The notes under the pieces are model-generated. The model made no database searches. It was not told the DNA's origin and was given only the letters and a program-made list of their open reading frames with translations. DNA of 50,232 bases, from assembly GCA_050955025.1 (NCBI GenBank), contig JBPBQX010000330.1:1-50232 (forward strand), in the 5' to 3' direction. Both the position numbers and the translations under genes were made by a program. This DNA comes from Janthinobacterium lividum (lineage in GTDB: Bacteria > Pseudomonadota > Alphaproteobacteria > Acetobacterales > Acetobacteraceae). This document shows, piece after piece, positions 18,137 to 27,400 of the stretch (position 1 is its first letter; each line of letters starts with the position of its first letter).

Positions 18137-19189
18137 TCAGGCTGCCGCCGGAATCGAGAGTAGCTCCGGAAGCTCCGAGCGGACCCAGTCGATGTAGCTG
18201 CCCGGCCCGGTGCGGAACGGGTCGTCGAACGCGGCGAGAAGGTCGGCACGCCCGCGGAACAGCAGGCGCAGGGGTTTCGGGATCGGCCGGCCGTCCGCGA
18301 ACTGTCCGTAGTGCCAGGGCACCGCGCCGTCGCGGGTGCCGGGGCCGGACGCGATCTGGCGGCGGTACCACTCCCAGATCTCGAAGGCCGCCAGGTTGGA
18401 GCCGGCATAGCGGCGCACCATGACGTCGCCGGCGGTGCCGATCTTCGTGAAGTGGTAGAACTTCAGCTTCGCGTTGTTGACGGTGATGGCGCCGTCGCGG
18501 CCGATCCGCAGGGTGCGCCGGCTGAGGTTCCAGCTCGCGACGTTGCAGCCGGGGTCTCGGTGGACGTGGAGGCGCTCGAACAGGGCGGGCACCAGGTCGC
18601 AGTACTTCTGGTCGGTGAAGATGCCGCTCTCGACCTCGTCATAGCAGGCGCGGTGCAGCTGCGCGGCCCACCAGGCGGCGAAGCGCCGGCCCTCGGCGTC
18701 GGAGCGCACCGCGAGGAAGCCGAGGTTGAACACGCCGTAACGCAGCGAGGTCAGCTCGTTGTCGGCGATCGCGGCTGGGGCCTCGTTGGCGTCGAGCTGG
18801 TGGGGCGTGAGCACGATGGAGTGGCGGTCGAGCAGGGCCTCGAGGTCGTCAAGCGGGTGGAACAACGCGATGTCAGGGTCGAAATACACGACCTTGTCGT
18901 AGCGCTCGAGCAGGTGGAGCAGGGCGTGGCCCTTTACCGCGGTGCAGGCCTCGACGACGTCGTGCTTGAACAGCCAAGCGCGCAGCCTGGGGATGCTCAG
19001 CGCGGCGAGCGGGATCACGCCGTCGAAGCAGGCGAGCGCGTCGGCGGGGTCGACGCCGGGCGGCGGCTCGTCGACCACCACGGCATGGATCGGCCAGTCC
19101 GGGTGGGCGCGGCGCAGGCTGTCGCACAGCACTCGCGCGCGCGACAGATAGGCGTAGGTGAAGCTCGTGTAGCAGCAGGTCCGGCTTAT
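18137..19189 (-). CDS. putative GT-A fold glycosyltransferase (GT8-like nucleotide-diphospho-sugar transferase); start codon unresolved
   Basis: ...TCCYTSFTYAYLSRARVLCDSLRRAHPDWPIHAVVVDE...YDKVVYFDPDIALF (DxD)...YGVFNLGFLAVR...GIFTDQKYCDL...NVASWNL. No ATG, GTG or TTG lies between the upstream gene stop (19186-19188) and the conserved first strand. The first canonical in-frame start is GTG at 19132. Confidence 0.55.
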   Translation of the reverse strand: MSRTCCYTSFTYAYLSRARVLCDSLRRAHPDWPIHAVVVDEPPPGVDPADALACFDGVIPLAALSIPRLRAWLFKHDVVEACTAVKGHALLHLLERYDKVVYFDPDIALFHPLDDLEALLDRHSIVLTPHQLDANEAPAAIADNELTSLRYGVFNLGFLAVRSDAEGRRFAAWWAAQLHRACYDEVESGIFTDQKYCDLVPALFERLHVHRDPGCNVASWNLSRRTLRIGRDGAITVNNAKLKFYHFTKIGTAGDVMVRRYAGSNLAAFEIWEWYRRQIASGPGTRDGAVPWHYGQFADGRPIPKPLRLLFRGRADLLAAFDDPFRTGPGSYIDWVRSELPELLSIPAAA

Positions 19190-21699
19190 GGGAGGCCGGC
19201 TCCGGCCAGGGCATGTCCGGCGGCCGGCTCCGGGACGGACCCGGGCGGAGGCTCGGCAGCGGGCGCCAGCGTGGCGGTGGTGCCGCAATGCACGAGGCGG
19301 CCGACTTGGCTGCCCTGCGCGATGCAGAGCCGGACGTATTCGACTGCGCGGCCGGACACCAGGAAGTCGGTGCAGGCGGAGGCATCGTCGAGCACCAGGC
19401 CCCGGCCGGAACGGAGCACCTCGGCGGCGACGTTGCCGCTGTCGGCCAGGGTGAGGATGTCCGCGCCCGACGCGATCGCCTCGTAGGCCACGTAGGAGAA
19501 GGTCTCGGGCCAAGGCGCGGGCATCACGACCAGGTCGATGGCGTGCGCCTCCAGAGCCTCGCGCGTGGCGTCGCGCTGGTCGGGGGCGACCTGCACGGCG
19601 ACGTGGCGGATCCAGGCGGGCGCCCGCGGTGCCGGCGCGTCCGAGAAGTGGTAGAAGCGGTAGGCGCCGCCCTCGCCGCACTCGCCCGCCATGTCGAGGA
19701 ACGCGGGCCAGCCCTTGTGTGCGCCGGGATGGCCGACAAAGGCGACACGCACCGGGTGGGCCGGGGTGCCGCGTCGTTCCGGGGCCACCAGGCTGCGTCG
19801 GATGGCCGTGAACTCGATGCGCGCGTGGGGATGAACGCGCGTGGAGCGCACAGGCAGCACGACGGCATCGGCAACGGGCAGGTCTGGGGCCTGCTGGCCG
19901 ACAGGTGGCGTGCGGAGGCTGGCGCGGCCATCTTGCCAGGCCCGCAACGCCGCACGAGACGGGGCCACGATGTCGGGCGAGACCGCCGCGAACAGCGCCT
20001 GCATCTGCGCGAGGTGTCCCGCGCGGGCAGGGCCGTGGATGCAGACGCGGCAGGCCTGGCTGCCGGGCGGGGGAGCGCCGCAGAACGTCGCGTCGTTGCG
20101 CAGCAGGTTGAAGCCCTCGCACAGCGTCGAATAGTCGTGCAGCCAGAGCACGGTGCTCTCGGGGCGCAGCGCGTCGTGCAGGACGGCCACGTCGGCGGTG
20201 GCGTGACCGAGCAGGCAGTGCAGCACCAGCAGGCGCCGCGGCGGCAGCTCCGGCGCCAGCGCGCGCAGGGCGGCGGCAAGGCCGACCGCGTCGAGGTGGC
20301 CGATCTCGGCGCCGTCCAGGGTGAGGCGCAGGAACAGCGGGCCGTCGGCGTCGTTGGCGAGACGGAGGCGCGGCACCACGGGCGAGACGTGCAGGTAGGC
20401 ACCTCCTGCGGCCCGGAAGCGCGCCTCCTCGTCCGCGATGAAGATTTGCGTGCCGCCGACCACGCGCCGGTAGGGATCGTGGCTGAGCGAGAGCACGAAG
20501 GCGGAGGCCGGGCCCGGGCCGCCCGCCTCCGCCAGGCTGCGGCGCAGCAGGGCGAGGATGGCGGCGGGGTCGAGCACGCTCAGCGAGTCGGACGCCTCGT
20601 AGTCGCGGGTGCGCTCGTCGGCGGTGCGCAGCGCACCGAGCAGGGTGCGCTGGAAGCCGGTGCGGTCGACGGGATGGCGGCCCTCGCGCTGGCCGAGCAC
20701 GGCGTAGTGCCACAGCGGGTTGATGTCGCGCGCCGCCACCTCGGGATTGGTTTCCAGGTAGTAGCGGGTGTGGAACGAGCGGGACGGGTTGCGTCCCTCG
20801 CGCCAGCCGTAGCGGCAGTAGTGCAGCAGCGGATCGTCGCCGCTCGCGAGCACGTCGGGGTAGGTGGCGAGGTAGTGCGTGCGGTCGACCAGCGGCGCGA
20901 TGCGGGCCAGCTCGGCGGGCGCGCGCTCCAGCATGGAGCCGAAAGGCGGGCGCAACGGATCGACCGGCAGCCGTCCCTCGGCGCGGCCGGCAAGCACGTA
21001 GTGCCAGAGCGGGTTGATGCCTTCGCGCGCCACGTCGGGATGGGCAGCCAGGTAGAATCGCGTGTCGAAGGAAAGGCCGGGGCTGCGGCCCTCGCGCCAG
21101 CCGTGGCGCAGGAAGTGCGCCAGCGCCTCCGCCCTTGCGGGTGCGGCCGACGGGTCGGCGAAACCGGCAAGGTAGTGGTCCGCCTCGAAGAACGGGGCCG
21201 ACGCACGGCGTTCCCCGCCGGCGGCGGCGTCGAGACCGTCGGACGGGTCCTGGCCGGACGCAGCCAGCTCGTTCGCGGCGAGTTCGGGCAGGGTGCGCGC
21301 GGGGTCAGGCAGCCACGCCGTCCACCCGGGACGGGTGGAACGGCCGCGGACGTGGGCGGCGAGCGCAGGCTGCGCGGGGCTTGGTGCTCCGGGCCGGTCG
21401 GCAGAGACGGTCGGGTGCTGCCAGCCGCGCAGGACGATCCGAACCGGCGTCTCGCGCAGACCCGCTCCGGACGTCGGCGCGCCGACGCCGCCTGTGCCGC
21501 GGCCGGCACCGGCATCGCGGACGGAAGGGTTGCCCACGGCGAGCATGTCCATGGCGGGGTCGCCCGGAGCGTCTCCGGCTTCCTCGAGCCGGTCCACAGG
21601 CCCGAGAAGGCCGCGTTCTGTGTCCGGGATCATGATGCGGCGTTCGGGCATCGCGACACATGGCATGGAACGCCGCGTCGCCGGGAGCCGGCCATCCAT
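19186..21699 (-). CDS. 837-aa protein: 4 aromatic repeats plus a C-terminal GT-B (GT4-like) domain with a Cys cluster
   Basis: ATG at 21699 (several downstream Met alternatives). Repeats lie at 20662-21189 (e.g. FDTRFYLAAHPDVAREGINPLWHYVLAGRAEGRLP). The C-terminal half is colinear with the C-terminal half of the 24470..27673 protein (LHCLLGH / WLHDYSTLC...CG...CRVC / APWPETFSYVAYEAIASGA). Confidence 0.7.
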   Translation of the reverse strand: MDGRLPATRRSMPCVAMPERRIMIPDTERGLLGPVDRLEEAGDAPGDPAMDMLAVGNPSVRDAGAGRGTGGVGAPTSGAGLRETPVRIVLRGWQHPTVSADRPGAPSPAQPALAAHVRGRSTRPGWTAWLPDPARTLPELAANELAASGQDPSDGLDAAAGGERRASAPFFEADHYLAGFADPSAAPARAEALAHFLRHGWREGRSPGLSFDTRFYLAAHPDVAREGINPLWHYVLAGRAEGRLPVDPLRPPFGSMLERAPAELARIAPLVDRTHYLATYPDVLASGDDPLLHYCRYGWREGRNPSRSFHTRYYLETNPEVAARDINPLWHYAVLGQREGRHPVDRTGFQRTLLGALRTADERTRDYEASDSLSVLDPAAILALLRRSLAEAGGPGPASAFVLSLSHDPYRRVVGGTQIFIADEEARFRAAGGAYLHVSPVVPRLRLANDADGPLFLRLTLDGAEIGHLDAVGLAAALRALAPELPPRRLLVLHCLLGHATADVAVLHDALRPESTVLWLHDYSTLCEGFNLLRNDATFCGAPPPGSQACRVCIHGPARAGHLAQMQALFAAVSPDIVAPSRAALRAWQDGRASLRTPPVGQQAPDLPVADAVVLPVRSTRVHPHARIEFTAIRRSLVAPERRGTPAHPVRVAFVGHPGAHKGWPAFLDMAGECGEGGAYRFYHFSDAPAPRAPAWIRHVAVQVAPDQRDATREALEAHAIDLVVMPAPWPETFSYVAYEAIASGADILTLADSGNVAAEVLRSGRGLVLDDASACTDFLVSGRAVEYVRLCIAQGSQVGRLVHCGTTATLAPAAEPPPGSVPEPAAGHALAGAGLP

Positions 21700-21958
21700 G
21701 GCTGCGGAGGACGAACAGCGGCAATCCCGTCGGTCTGGGTCAAGAGGTATATCCCGTTCTGGTCGCAGCGTGCAGCAGGATAATCACCGCCGGCATGGCT
21801 TCCGATCCATGATGCACGTCCTGCACGAACCTTGGCTATCCTGACCCTGAAAGCAGAGGTGTTGCGGTTGTATGCAACCATTGCTTGTGCGATTCATTCG
21901 GCCATGTTAGCCGGGTTGCGACGCATACCGATACCTTTCCTTACCCTTGGGGCATACG

Positions 21959-24325
21959 ATGGCCGGTAATCCGCTGACAGTCACCGGGGGCGCGGATCAT
22001 CCTGCGGTCAGCCTGCAGTTCGACGCGAGCGATCGCGCGAGGCTGCTGGGCGAGGCGCTCGCCAGCATGATCGACGGGCAGTATTCCGCCACCCAGGCGT
22101 CGGTGTACGGTGCCGGTGGCGACCCGGCCTCGTCCTACGTCATCGTGCCGGCCGGCACGACGGGCACGGTGGACGTGACCGGCGTCGGCGCGGTGGCGGT
22201 GCAGGATACGGCACCGCTCACCGTGACGGGAGGCGGTTCCGGCAGCCAGTCGGTCCTGGCGGGCGACGGGGGGCTGGTCTTCTCGGCGGCCGCAGGCAAC
22301 ACCACCGTGGTCGCAGGCGGCGGCGACAACTCGGTGTCCTTCGCCGGCGGGACCGGCACGAACGCCACCTACCTGAGCGTCGGCAACGACACCGTGGCTG
22401 GTGGCGACGGTGCCAGCACCATCGACGCGGGCGGCGGCACCAACCTGGTGCGCACCGGCGCGGGCACCAGCAGCGTGATCGTTCAAGGCAACGACCGGGT
22501 CGAGCTGGGCAGCGGCGCCGCCACGGTGGGGGTGATCGGCTCCGGCAGCGCCACGGTGACCGGCGGCGCAGGCGGCACGCTCGATTTCCAGGGCGGAAGT
22601 GCTGCTTCCACCGTGCAGGGCGGCGGCACGACGGGTGATCGAATCGAGGGGCGCAATGGCGGCGGCCTCCTGGTCGGCGGCAGCGGCGGGGCCAACACGA
22701 TCATCGGTGGCGCGGGCGTTGCCACCATCGTCGGCGGCGGCGACGGCGACTACCTCGAAGGCAGCTCCGGACAGGACCTGATCACCGCGGGCGCCGGCAG
22801 CGAGACCGTGGCGGCGATGGCGGGCGGCGACACGCTGGTTGGCGGCAGCGGGCAGACCATGTTCCTCCTGCAGAACGCGGACGACGTCACGACCCAGGTG
22901 GACCTCGGCTCCGGCGCGGCCACGGTGGCGGTGCTCGGGGACGGCGCGGCCTTGGTGACCGGCGGCGGGAGCGGCTCGCTGAACTTCCAGGGCGGCAGTG
23001 CGGCCTCGACCGTGAACGGCGGGGACACGACGGGCGACAGGATCGAGGGACGTGACGGCGGCGGCCTCCTGGTCGGCGGCAGCGGCGGAGCCAACACCAT
23101 CATCGGCGGCACGGGTGCTGCCACCATCGTCGGCGGCGGCGATGGCGACTACCTCGAGGGCAACTCCGGCCAGGACTCCATCATCGCGGGCGCCGGCAGA
23201 GAGACCGTGGTGGCGATGGCATCCGACGACACGCTGGTCGGCGGCGACGGCACCACCACCTTCGTGGCCGACACCACGCTGGGCAGCACGCAGATCGAGC
23301 TCGGCGCCGGCACCTCGAACGTGGTCGTCACCGGCAGCGGCGGCACGGTGGTGATGGACAACGGCAACGGCGGAGGCACGCTGAACTTCACCGGCGGCAG
23401 CGCCCCCAGCATCGTGCTCGGCGGCAGCACCGGCGGCGACCGCATCGAGGGCCGGGATGGCGGCGGCGTCCTCGGGGCCGGCAGCGGCGGCAACAGCACG
23501 GTGATCGGCGGCAACGGCGCCGCCACGATCCAGGGCGGCGGCACAGGCGACTACCTGGAGGGCAATTCTGGGCGCGACCTGATCACGGCCGGGTCGGGCA
23601 GCGAGCAGCTGGTGGCGCGCGTGAGCGGCGACACGCTGCAGGGCGGCACGGACGCGAACGCGACCACCGTGTTCGTGGTCAACGGCGCGGACAGCGTGGC
23701 GCTGGGCGCGGGGCATTCCGTGGTCGTCGTGGGGGCAGTGCCGCCAGGTGGGGCGAACCCGAACCCGGCCGACGTCGGCTCGGCGGTGGTGACCGGCAGC
23801 ACGGTCGGTGGCGCCACGCTGCTGTTCGAGGGCGGGATGAACGCCAGCACGGTGCAGGCAGGCACCGCGGGCGCCACGATCTATGCCGGCGCGGGCGGCG
23901 GCGTGTTCAGCGGCGGCTCGGACGGCGGCAACGTGCTGATCGGCCAGGGCGGCAACGTGTCGCTGACCGGCGCCGTGTCCGGGGACTACCTCGAAGGCGG
24001 CACCGGCACCAACCTGCTCACCGCGGGCGCGGGCAACGAGACGCTGGTGGCAGGCACCGGAAGCGACACGCTCGCGGTGGGTGGCGGCGACGACGTGTTG
24101 TCGTTCGTCAAGGAGACGGCGGCGCAGGGTGCGCAGACCTACAACGTGGACCAGTTCAACGCCGGCGACGTGCTCTACTTCAAGGACTCCGCGACCTCCG
24201 ACTACGCCATCACCCACCAGACCGTGTCGGGCGGGGCCACCACGATCACGCTCGCCGACCAGACGAGGATCGTCATCCAGGGCACCACGGCCACCATCGG
24301 CGGCGGCAGCTTCAGCCACGGCTGA
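21959..24325 (+). CDS. secreted-type Gly/Thr-rich beta-roll (RTX-like, GGxGxD-type) repeat protein
   Basis: The ORF starts at 21947. The ATG at 21959 has a GGGG about 8 nt upstream. No hydrophobic N-terminal signal. There are repeated GGGDGDYLEGxSGxD motifs, and I see no Cys or Trp in the translation. Confidence 0.8.
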   Translation: MAGNPLTVTGGADHPAVSLQFDASDRARLLGEALASMIDGQYSATQASVYGAGGDPASSYVIVPAGTTGTVDVTGVGAVAVQDTAPLTVTGGGSGSQSVLAGDGGLVFSAAAGNTTVVAGGGDNSVSFAGGTGTNATYLSVGNDTVAGGDGASTIDAGGGTNLVRTGAGTSSVIVQGNDRVELGSGAATVGVIGSGSATVTGGAGGTLDFQGGSAASTVQGGGTTGDRIEGRNGGGLLVGGSGGANTIIGGAGVATIVGGGDGDYLEGSSGQDLITAGAGSETVAAMAGGDTLVGGSGQTMFLLQNADDVTTQVDLGSGAATVAVLGDGAALVTGGGSGSLNFQGGSAASTVNGGDTTGDRIEGRDGGGLLVGGSGGANTIIGGTGAATIVGGGDGDYLEGNSGQDSIIAGAGRETVVAMASDDTLVGGDGTTTFVADTTLGSTQIELGAGTSNVVVTGSGGTVVMDNGNGGGTLNFTGGSAPSIVLGGSTGGDRIEGRDGGGVLGAGSGGNSTVIGGNGAATIQGGGTGDYLEGNSGRDLITAGSGSEQLVARVSGDTLQGGTDANATTVFVVNGADSVALGAGHSVVVVGAVPPGGANPNPADVGSAVVTGSTVGGATLLFEGGMNASTVQAGTAGATIYAGAGGGVFSGGSDGGNVLIGQGGNVSLTGAVSGDYLEGGTGTNLLTAGAGNETLVAGTGSDTLAVGGGDDVLSFVKETAAQGAQTYNVDQFNAGDVLYFKDSATSDYAITHQTVSGGATTITLADQTRIVIQGTTATIGGGSFSHG
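22499..23695 (+). repeat. three in-frame tandem repeats of 399 bp (133 aa) inside the beta-roll gene, plus a degenerate fourth unit to about 24110
   Basis: Units start at 22499 (VELGSGAATV), 22898 (VDLGSGAATV) and 23297 (IELGAGTSNV). The landmark GGCGGCCTCCTGGTCGGCGG recurs at 22661 and 23060, with a diverged version at 23459, giving a period of 399 nt. Confidence 0.85.
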
Positions 24326-24350
24326 GGCCCGCGCTCCTGATGCGCGGCCG

Positions 24351-24469
24351 GCAAGGTTGAGGCTCTGCCTCAAACTCCGCCAAAGGCTCGCCTTTGGAAT
24401 CCACTACCTAAGAGATGGGTTTCCAAAGGCCCCTGGCCTTTGGCGGGTCCGGGCAGAGCCCGGCCTTGC
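24351..24469. repeat. composite two-arm REP/MITE-like element
   Basis: Same architecture as 18005..18116, bounded by GCAAGG ... CCTTGC. The right arm TTTCCAAAGGCCCCTGGCCTTTGGCGGGTCCGGGCAGAGCCCGGCCTTGC carries compensated stems. It starts 26 nt after the beta-roll gene stop. Confidence 0.85.
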
Positions 24470-27400
24470 GTGCTTGCGGACCGGCGCCCTCCTGCAGCGC
24501 GGCACGTCGTGAACGACGCCCTTGATCGGGCGGCGCACGACGCCGTCGAGCGCGGCCGTGCGGCGCTGCGGGCCGGCGAGCGGACGGAAGCGCTGCGCTG
24601 GCTCGACCGCGCACACCGGCTGGCGCCGGGTGACCGCTCGGTGGCGCTGCTGCTGGCGTCCGCCTTCACCGGGGTCGACGCCCCGCATGGGCGGACACTG
24701 CTCCGCGACCTGGTGGCGGCGGCACCGGACATGCGCGACGCGCGGGTGGCACTGGTTCTCTCGGAACTGGGCCTGGGCGGGGCGGCAGAAGCGGCACGGC
24801 AGCTCGGACGCCTGCTGATGGGCATGGCGCCGCCGCCCGATGCCGGGTTCGCGCGCGTGGCCGGCGCCGTGGCGCGCGCGGCCCGAGCGCCGGGGTGGAT
24901 CGGCGCCGACAGCCGTGGACTCCTGCTGGTCTGCGCGGAGCCTGTCCCGGGCGCCTCGGATGGCAGCAAGTCCCACGGCACGCGTCCTGTCAGGGTCGAG
25001 ATCGCCGTGAACGGCGTGCGGGTCGATGGCATCGTTGCGGACGGCATTGTCCGGAACAGGGCTCTTGCGGCCGGGCGGACGGGTGTGATGACGGCGACCT
25101 GCGGCGGGTTGGCGCTGCTGGGCAGCGGGGTCGATCTCGCGGCGCTGCGGCGCACACGTGGCACGGCCTGGCTGGAGCCGGACGGATCGCTGACGGGGTG
25201 GGCTTGGCTGCCGGGCGACCCGGACCGGGGGCCGTTCCTGGAGGTGCATGGGCAAGGAGCGGCGGGCGCGTCGCGTCCCATACGGCTCCGGGCCGTTGCG
25301 GAACACGGTGGCGGGAACGGTGCGGAGCGACGGCGCGGGTTTCGCGTGACGGCGCAACGCCTTTCCGGGGCCGACACGATCAGGGTCATGGGGCCGGACG
25401 GCCGGGAACTGACCGGCAGCCCGCTCTCCGGCAGGGCTGAGCGACAGGCCGGACAGGCGGCCGCGGCGGCGCTCGGACAGGCGACCAGTGGCCGGGAAGC
25501 GAGCCTGCGTGTCGCGGACAACGCGCCCCCTGCGTCGGTGGATCTGTGGCGACCGCTGCCGGCCGGGCTCGGCATGCCGCCGGAAGGCCGCGCCGCCACG
25601 GCAGGCGGGATCTCGGCGACCGCACGCGCGATCCCGGCGCGCCGTCCGGTCGATGTCGTGATGCCGGTGCACCGGGGCGAGGCGGATTTCACTGCCTGCC
25701 TGGCAACGCTGCTGCGCGACCGTGCGGCGCGGCGGCAACCCGCGGAGCTGCGCATCGTGGTGGTCGACGACGCCTCGCCTGATCCGGCGCTGCGCGGTGC
25801 GGTGGCGGCGGCCGAGGCACGCGGCGACATCGTCCTGCTGCGCCACGCCAACAATCGGGGCTTCCCCGGGGCGGCGAACACCGGGCTGCGCCATGCCCGC
25901 ACGGACGGACCGCGCGACGTCGTGCTGCTCAACCCGGACACCCTGCTGCCGACGGACTGGCTCGGACGGATGGCAGCGGCGGCATACGGCGCAGCCGACG
26001 TGGGCAGCGTCACGCCGATGACCGACGACGGCTCGATCCTGTCCTACGCGGCCGACAACGCCTCCGGGGACGCGGAGGTGCAGGACCTGGCACAGGGCAT
26101 GGCGCGGCTGGACCGGATCGACTCGATGTTCCGGGCGGCCAATGGCGACAGGGTCGTGGCCCTGCCGACCGGGATCGGCTTCTGCATGCTGCTGCGCCAC
26201 GACTGCCTGGCCGAGGTCGGGCTGCTGCGCGAGGACGTGTTCGCGCAGGGCTACGGCGAGGAGAACGACTGGTGCCTGCGCGCCGGCCATCTCGGGTGGC
26301 GCCACGTGGCCGCGACGGGCGTGTTCGTGGCCCATCGTGGCGGGCGCTCGTTCGGGCCGGCGAGGGCCCATCTGATGGCGCGCAACATGGCGCTGCTGAA
26401 CCGGCTGCACCCCGGCTATGACACGCTGGTGGCGCGGTTCGAGGCGGCGGACCCGCTGGCGCCGGCGCGCAGGCGGGTGGACCGGCTGCGCTGGGCGGCG
26501 GGGCGGCGGGCGGGCGCGGTGGTGCTGGTGACGCACGCGCTCGGGGGCGGCGTGGAGCGCCATCTGCGCGAGCGCGTCGCGGCGATCCGCGACGACGGGC
26601 TGCGCGCGGTGGTGCTGCGCCCGGCCGCAGCAGGGCAGGAGCCGGCCGCGGGGACCGACAGGACGGAGGCGGCCAGCCGGGAGAAGGCGTGCGCCGTCTC
26701 GGACGGGGTGGATGGCCGCTTCGCCGACCTGGGTTTCGCGATGCCCACGGAGATGGCGGCGCTGGCGCGCCTGCTCCGGGGCGACGGGGTGCGGCGGGTG
26801 GAGCTGCACCATCTGCTCGGCCATGCGCCGGAGATCTCGGGACTGGCCGAGATGCTGGAGGTGCCGTGCGACGTCGTGGTGCACGACTACGCGGCATGGT
26901 GCCCGCGCGTGTCTCTGTGCGGCGCGAACCGCCGCTATTGCGGCGAGCCTGTCGACCAGCTGACCTGCGAGGATTGCGTCGCCGATCTCGGCAGCCGGCT
27001 CGACGAGCGGATCGGGGTGGCCGCGTTGCGGGCGCGGTCCGGGCGGATGCTGCGCACGGCCCGGCGGGTGGTCGCGCCCTCGGCCGACGCGGCGGAACGC
27101 ATCGCGCGGCAGTTCCCCGGGGTGGCCGCGGTGGTGGCGCCCTGGGAGGACGATGCGCGGCCGCCACACGACCTCGGGCGGGACCGGGGCGGTGCGGCGC
27201 GGGGCAGCGCGGCGGGCGTGCGGATCCTGGTGATGGGAGCGATCGGCGTGGAGAAGGGCTACGACGTGCTGCTGGGCTGCGTGCGCGACGCCGGGCGGCG
27301 CGGCCTGCCGATGGACTTCGTGGTGGCGGGGCACACCATGGACGATGCGCGGCTGATCGAGGCAGGCCCGGTGTTCGTCACCGGCCGCTACGAGGAGCAC

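Noticed and set aside
19150-19250. Programmed -1 ribosomal frameshift fusing the 837-aa protein to the GT8-like protein.
   Set aside because: The GT frame is -1 relative to the upstream frame and stays open upstream. However, there is no X XXY YYZ slippery heptamer and no obvious downstream structure at the junction, and open alternative frames are expected at this GC content. It is kept only as one of several explanations in the start-codon finding.
22499-24110. Regularly spaced DNA repeats that could be mistaken for a CRISPR-like or satellite array.
   Set aside because: The units are 399 bp, contiguous, in frame and coding (133-aa protein repeats). There are no short repeat/spacer alternation and no cas genes.
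24440-24469. TTG at 24440 as the start of the TPR-GT2-GT4 gene (the longest ORF).
   Set aside because: It lies inside the second hairpin of the composite REP element. GTG 24470 or GTG 24509, just before the TPR-like segment, is more plausible. The true start remains unverified.
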